A stretch of DNA of 64,000 nt, taken from NCBI GenBank assembly GCA_964016885.1, contig OZ024753.1, positions 15,686,001-15,750,000 of the forward strand, in the 5' to 3' direction. The translations under genes were made by a program, and so were the position numbers. Each line of letters opens with the position of its first letter. The first letter of the stretch is position 1. The stretch comes from Eledone cirrhosa. Taxonomy: Eukaryota. Below are positions 63,062 through 64,000 of the stretch, one piece after another. The notes beneath the pieces are model-generated. The model saw only the letters and a list, made by a program, of their open reading frames with translations. It had not been told where the DNA came from and made no database searches.

Positions 63062-64000
63062 CACACACACACACATACATACATTAATAACAATAATAAT
63101 AATAATAATAATAACAATAATAATAACGACAACAACAATAATAATATACATATACATATATATATACACATACACGCACACACATAAGCATATCTATACA
63201 CACACACACGCACACGATAGCAACTAACAGCGCTGCGATCGAATGTGGCTTTTTAGCCCAGCCAATGATCTAAAATGTCTTGCACAGAGTCGGCAACCAA
63301 AACATTCACTGGGAATAGTCGGCTGTGGTTGGAGTGCGTGTACTTTTGCATGTCGCTTGAGCCCTCCTGCTGATTTACATTCTCTACCACATGTTTGGCA
63401 AGCATGATGAGTAGCATCTCCAACAGCAGCCTGGTAGTCAACCACTGGTCTTACTTTATGACTGCGAAGATGACTTTCGAGTCCAGCTTTGCTTAGGCAG
63501 AGTCTCGCACAGGCGCTGCATGTCAGCACCATAGGAGGACCCTCGCCGTCTGGAAGTGCAACAGCAATGCCCTTCCTCACATCCCGCTTTACTTTCTCGT
63601 ATGCGATTCGAGATGCCTCAAAGACAACTTTTTCCCTCATATACAGTCTTTCTGCATTTATTACGATCAGCAGCAACATTTTCCCATGTATCAGCAGAGA
63701 TGTTAGCGTCTTTCAGAGAGGCTTTCAAGGAATCCTTATACCTCTTTTTTGGTTTATGTGGCGGTCGTTTTCCTTTAACCAACTCTCCATAAAAGAGTTG
63801 TTTTGGTATTCTAGAATCCTTCATCCTGGCAAGGTGACCACTCCAACGGAGTCGTTGCTTAATCACAAGAGCTTCTATACTGTCACACATAGAGCTTTCC
63901 AAAATCTCGACATCACTGATGTGGTCCCTCCAGTGAACGCCATGGATCCGTCTGAGACACATCTGATGGAAACGCTCCAATTGTTTAAGGTGGTGTCGAT
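62897..64000 (-). mobile_element. 3' part of an RTE-like LINE with three C-terminal C2H2 zinc fingers; 3' UTR split by microsatellite
   Basis: ERFHQMCLRRI, QRLRWSGHLARMKDSRIPKQLFYGEL and KKRYKDSLK; after a frameshift three CxxC..GLxxH motifs; probable 3' terminus and (ATC)n at 62897-62943. Confidence 0.85.

Overview
AT-rich, repeat-saturated eukaryotic DNA (intergenic or intronic). The SINE families resemble octopod cephalopod SINEs; this assignment is my inference from remembered consensus sequences. I found no convincing host protein-coding exon, and almost all ORFs in the track are microsatellite, minisatellite or SINE artefacts. The real coding remnants are all transposon-derived: a near-complete RTE-clade LINE (APE + RT + PHD-like finger, 43.5-46.5 kb) with a 1.1-kb tail-to-tail inverted copy, several other RTE fragments (one with three C2H2 fingers), two restriction-like-endonuclease LINE fragments, and a full-length frameshifted DD37D-type Tc1/mariner element. 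There are also about 30 SINE copies from two main families, piggyBac-, pogo-, mariner- and Helitron-like non-autonomous elements, and 51-bp, 42-bp and GT-rich tandem arrays. The most interesting signal is a set of more than a dozen short non-coding elements from at least 8 sequence-unrelated families, almost all embedded in (TA)n. They are arranged either as fold-back palindromes or as terminally redundant monomers of about 420-1000 bp. Many carry a type I hammerhead ribozyme fold, often with a palindromic stem III. Most share a covarying 3' hairpin with a 2-nt bulge that sits a few nt beyond the point where the duplicated copy stops. This looks like a Penelope-like/retrozyme-type RNA mobility system with a candidate structured RT-start signal. 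All alignments and folds were done by eye and coordinates are approximate.
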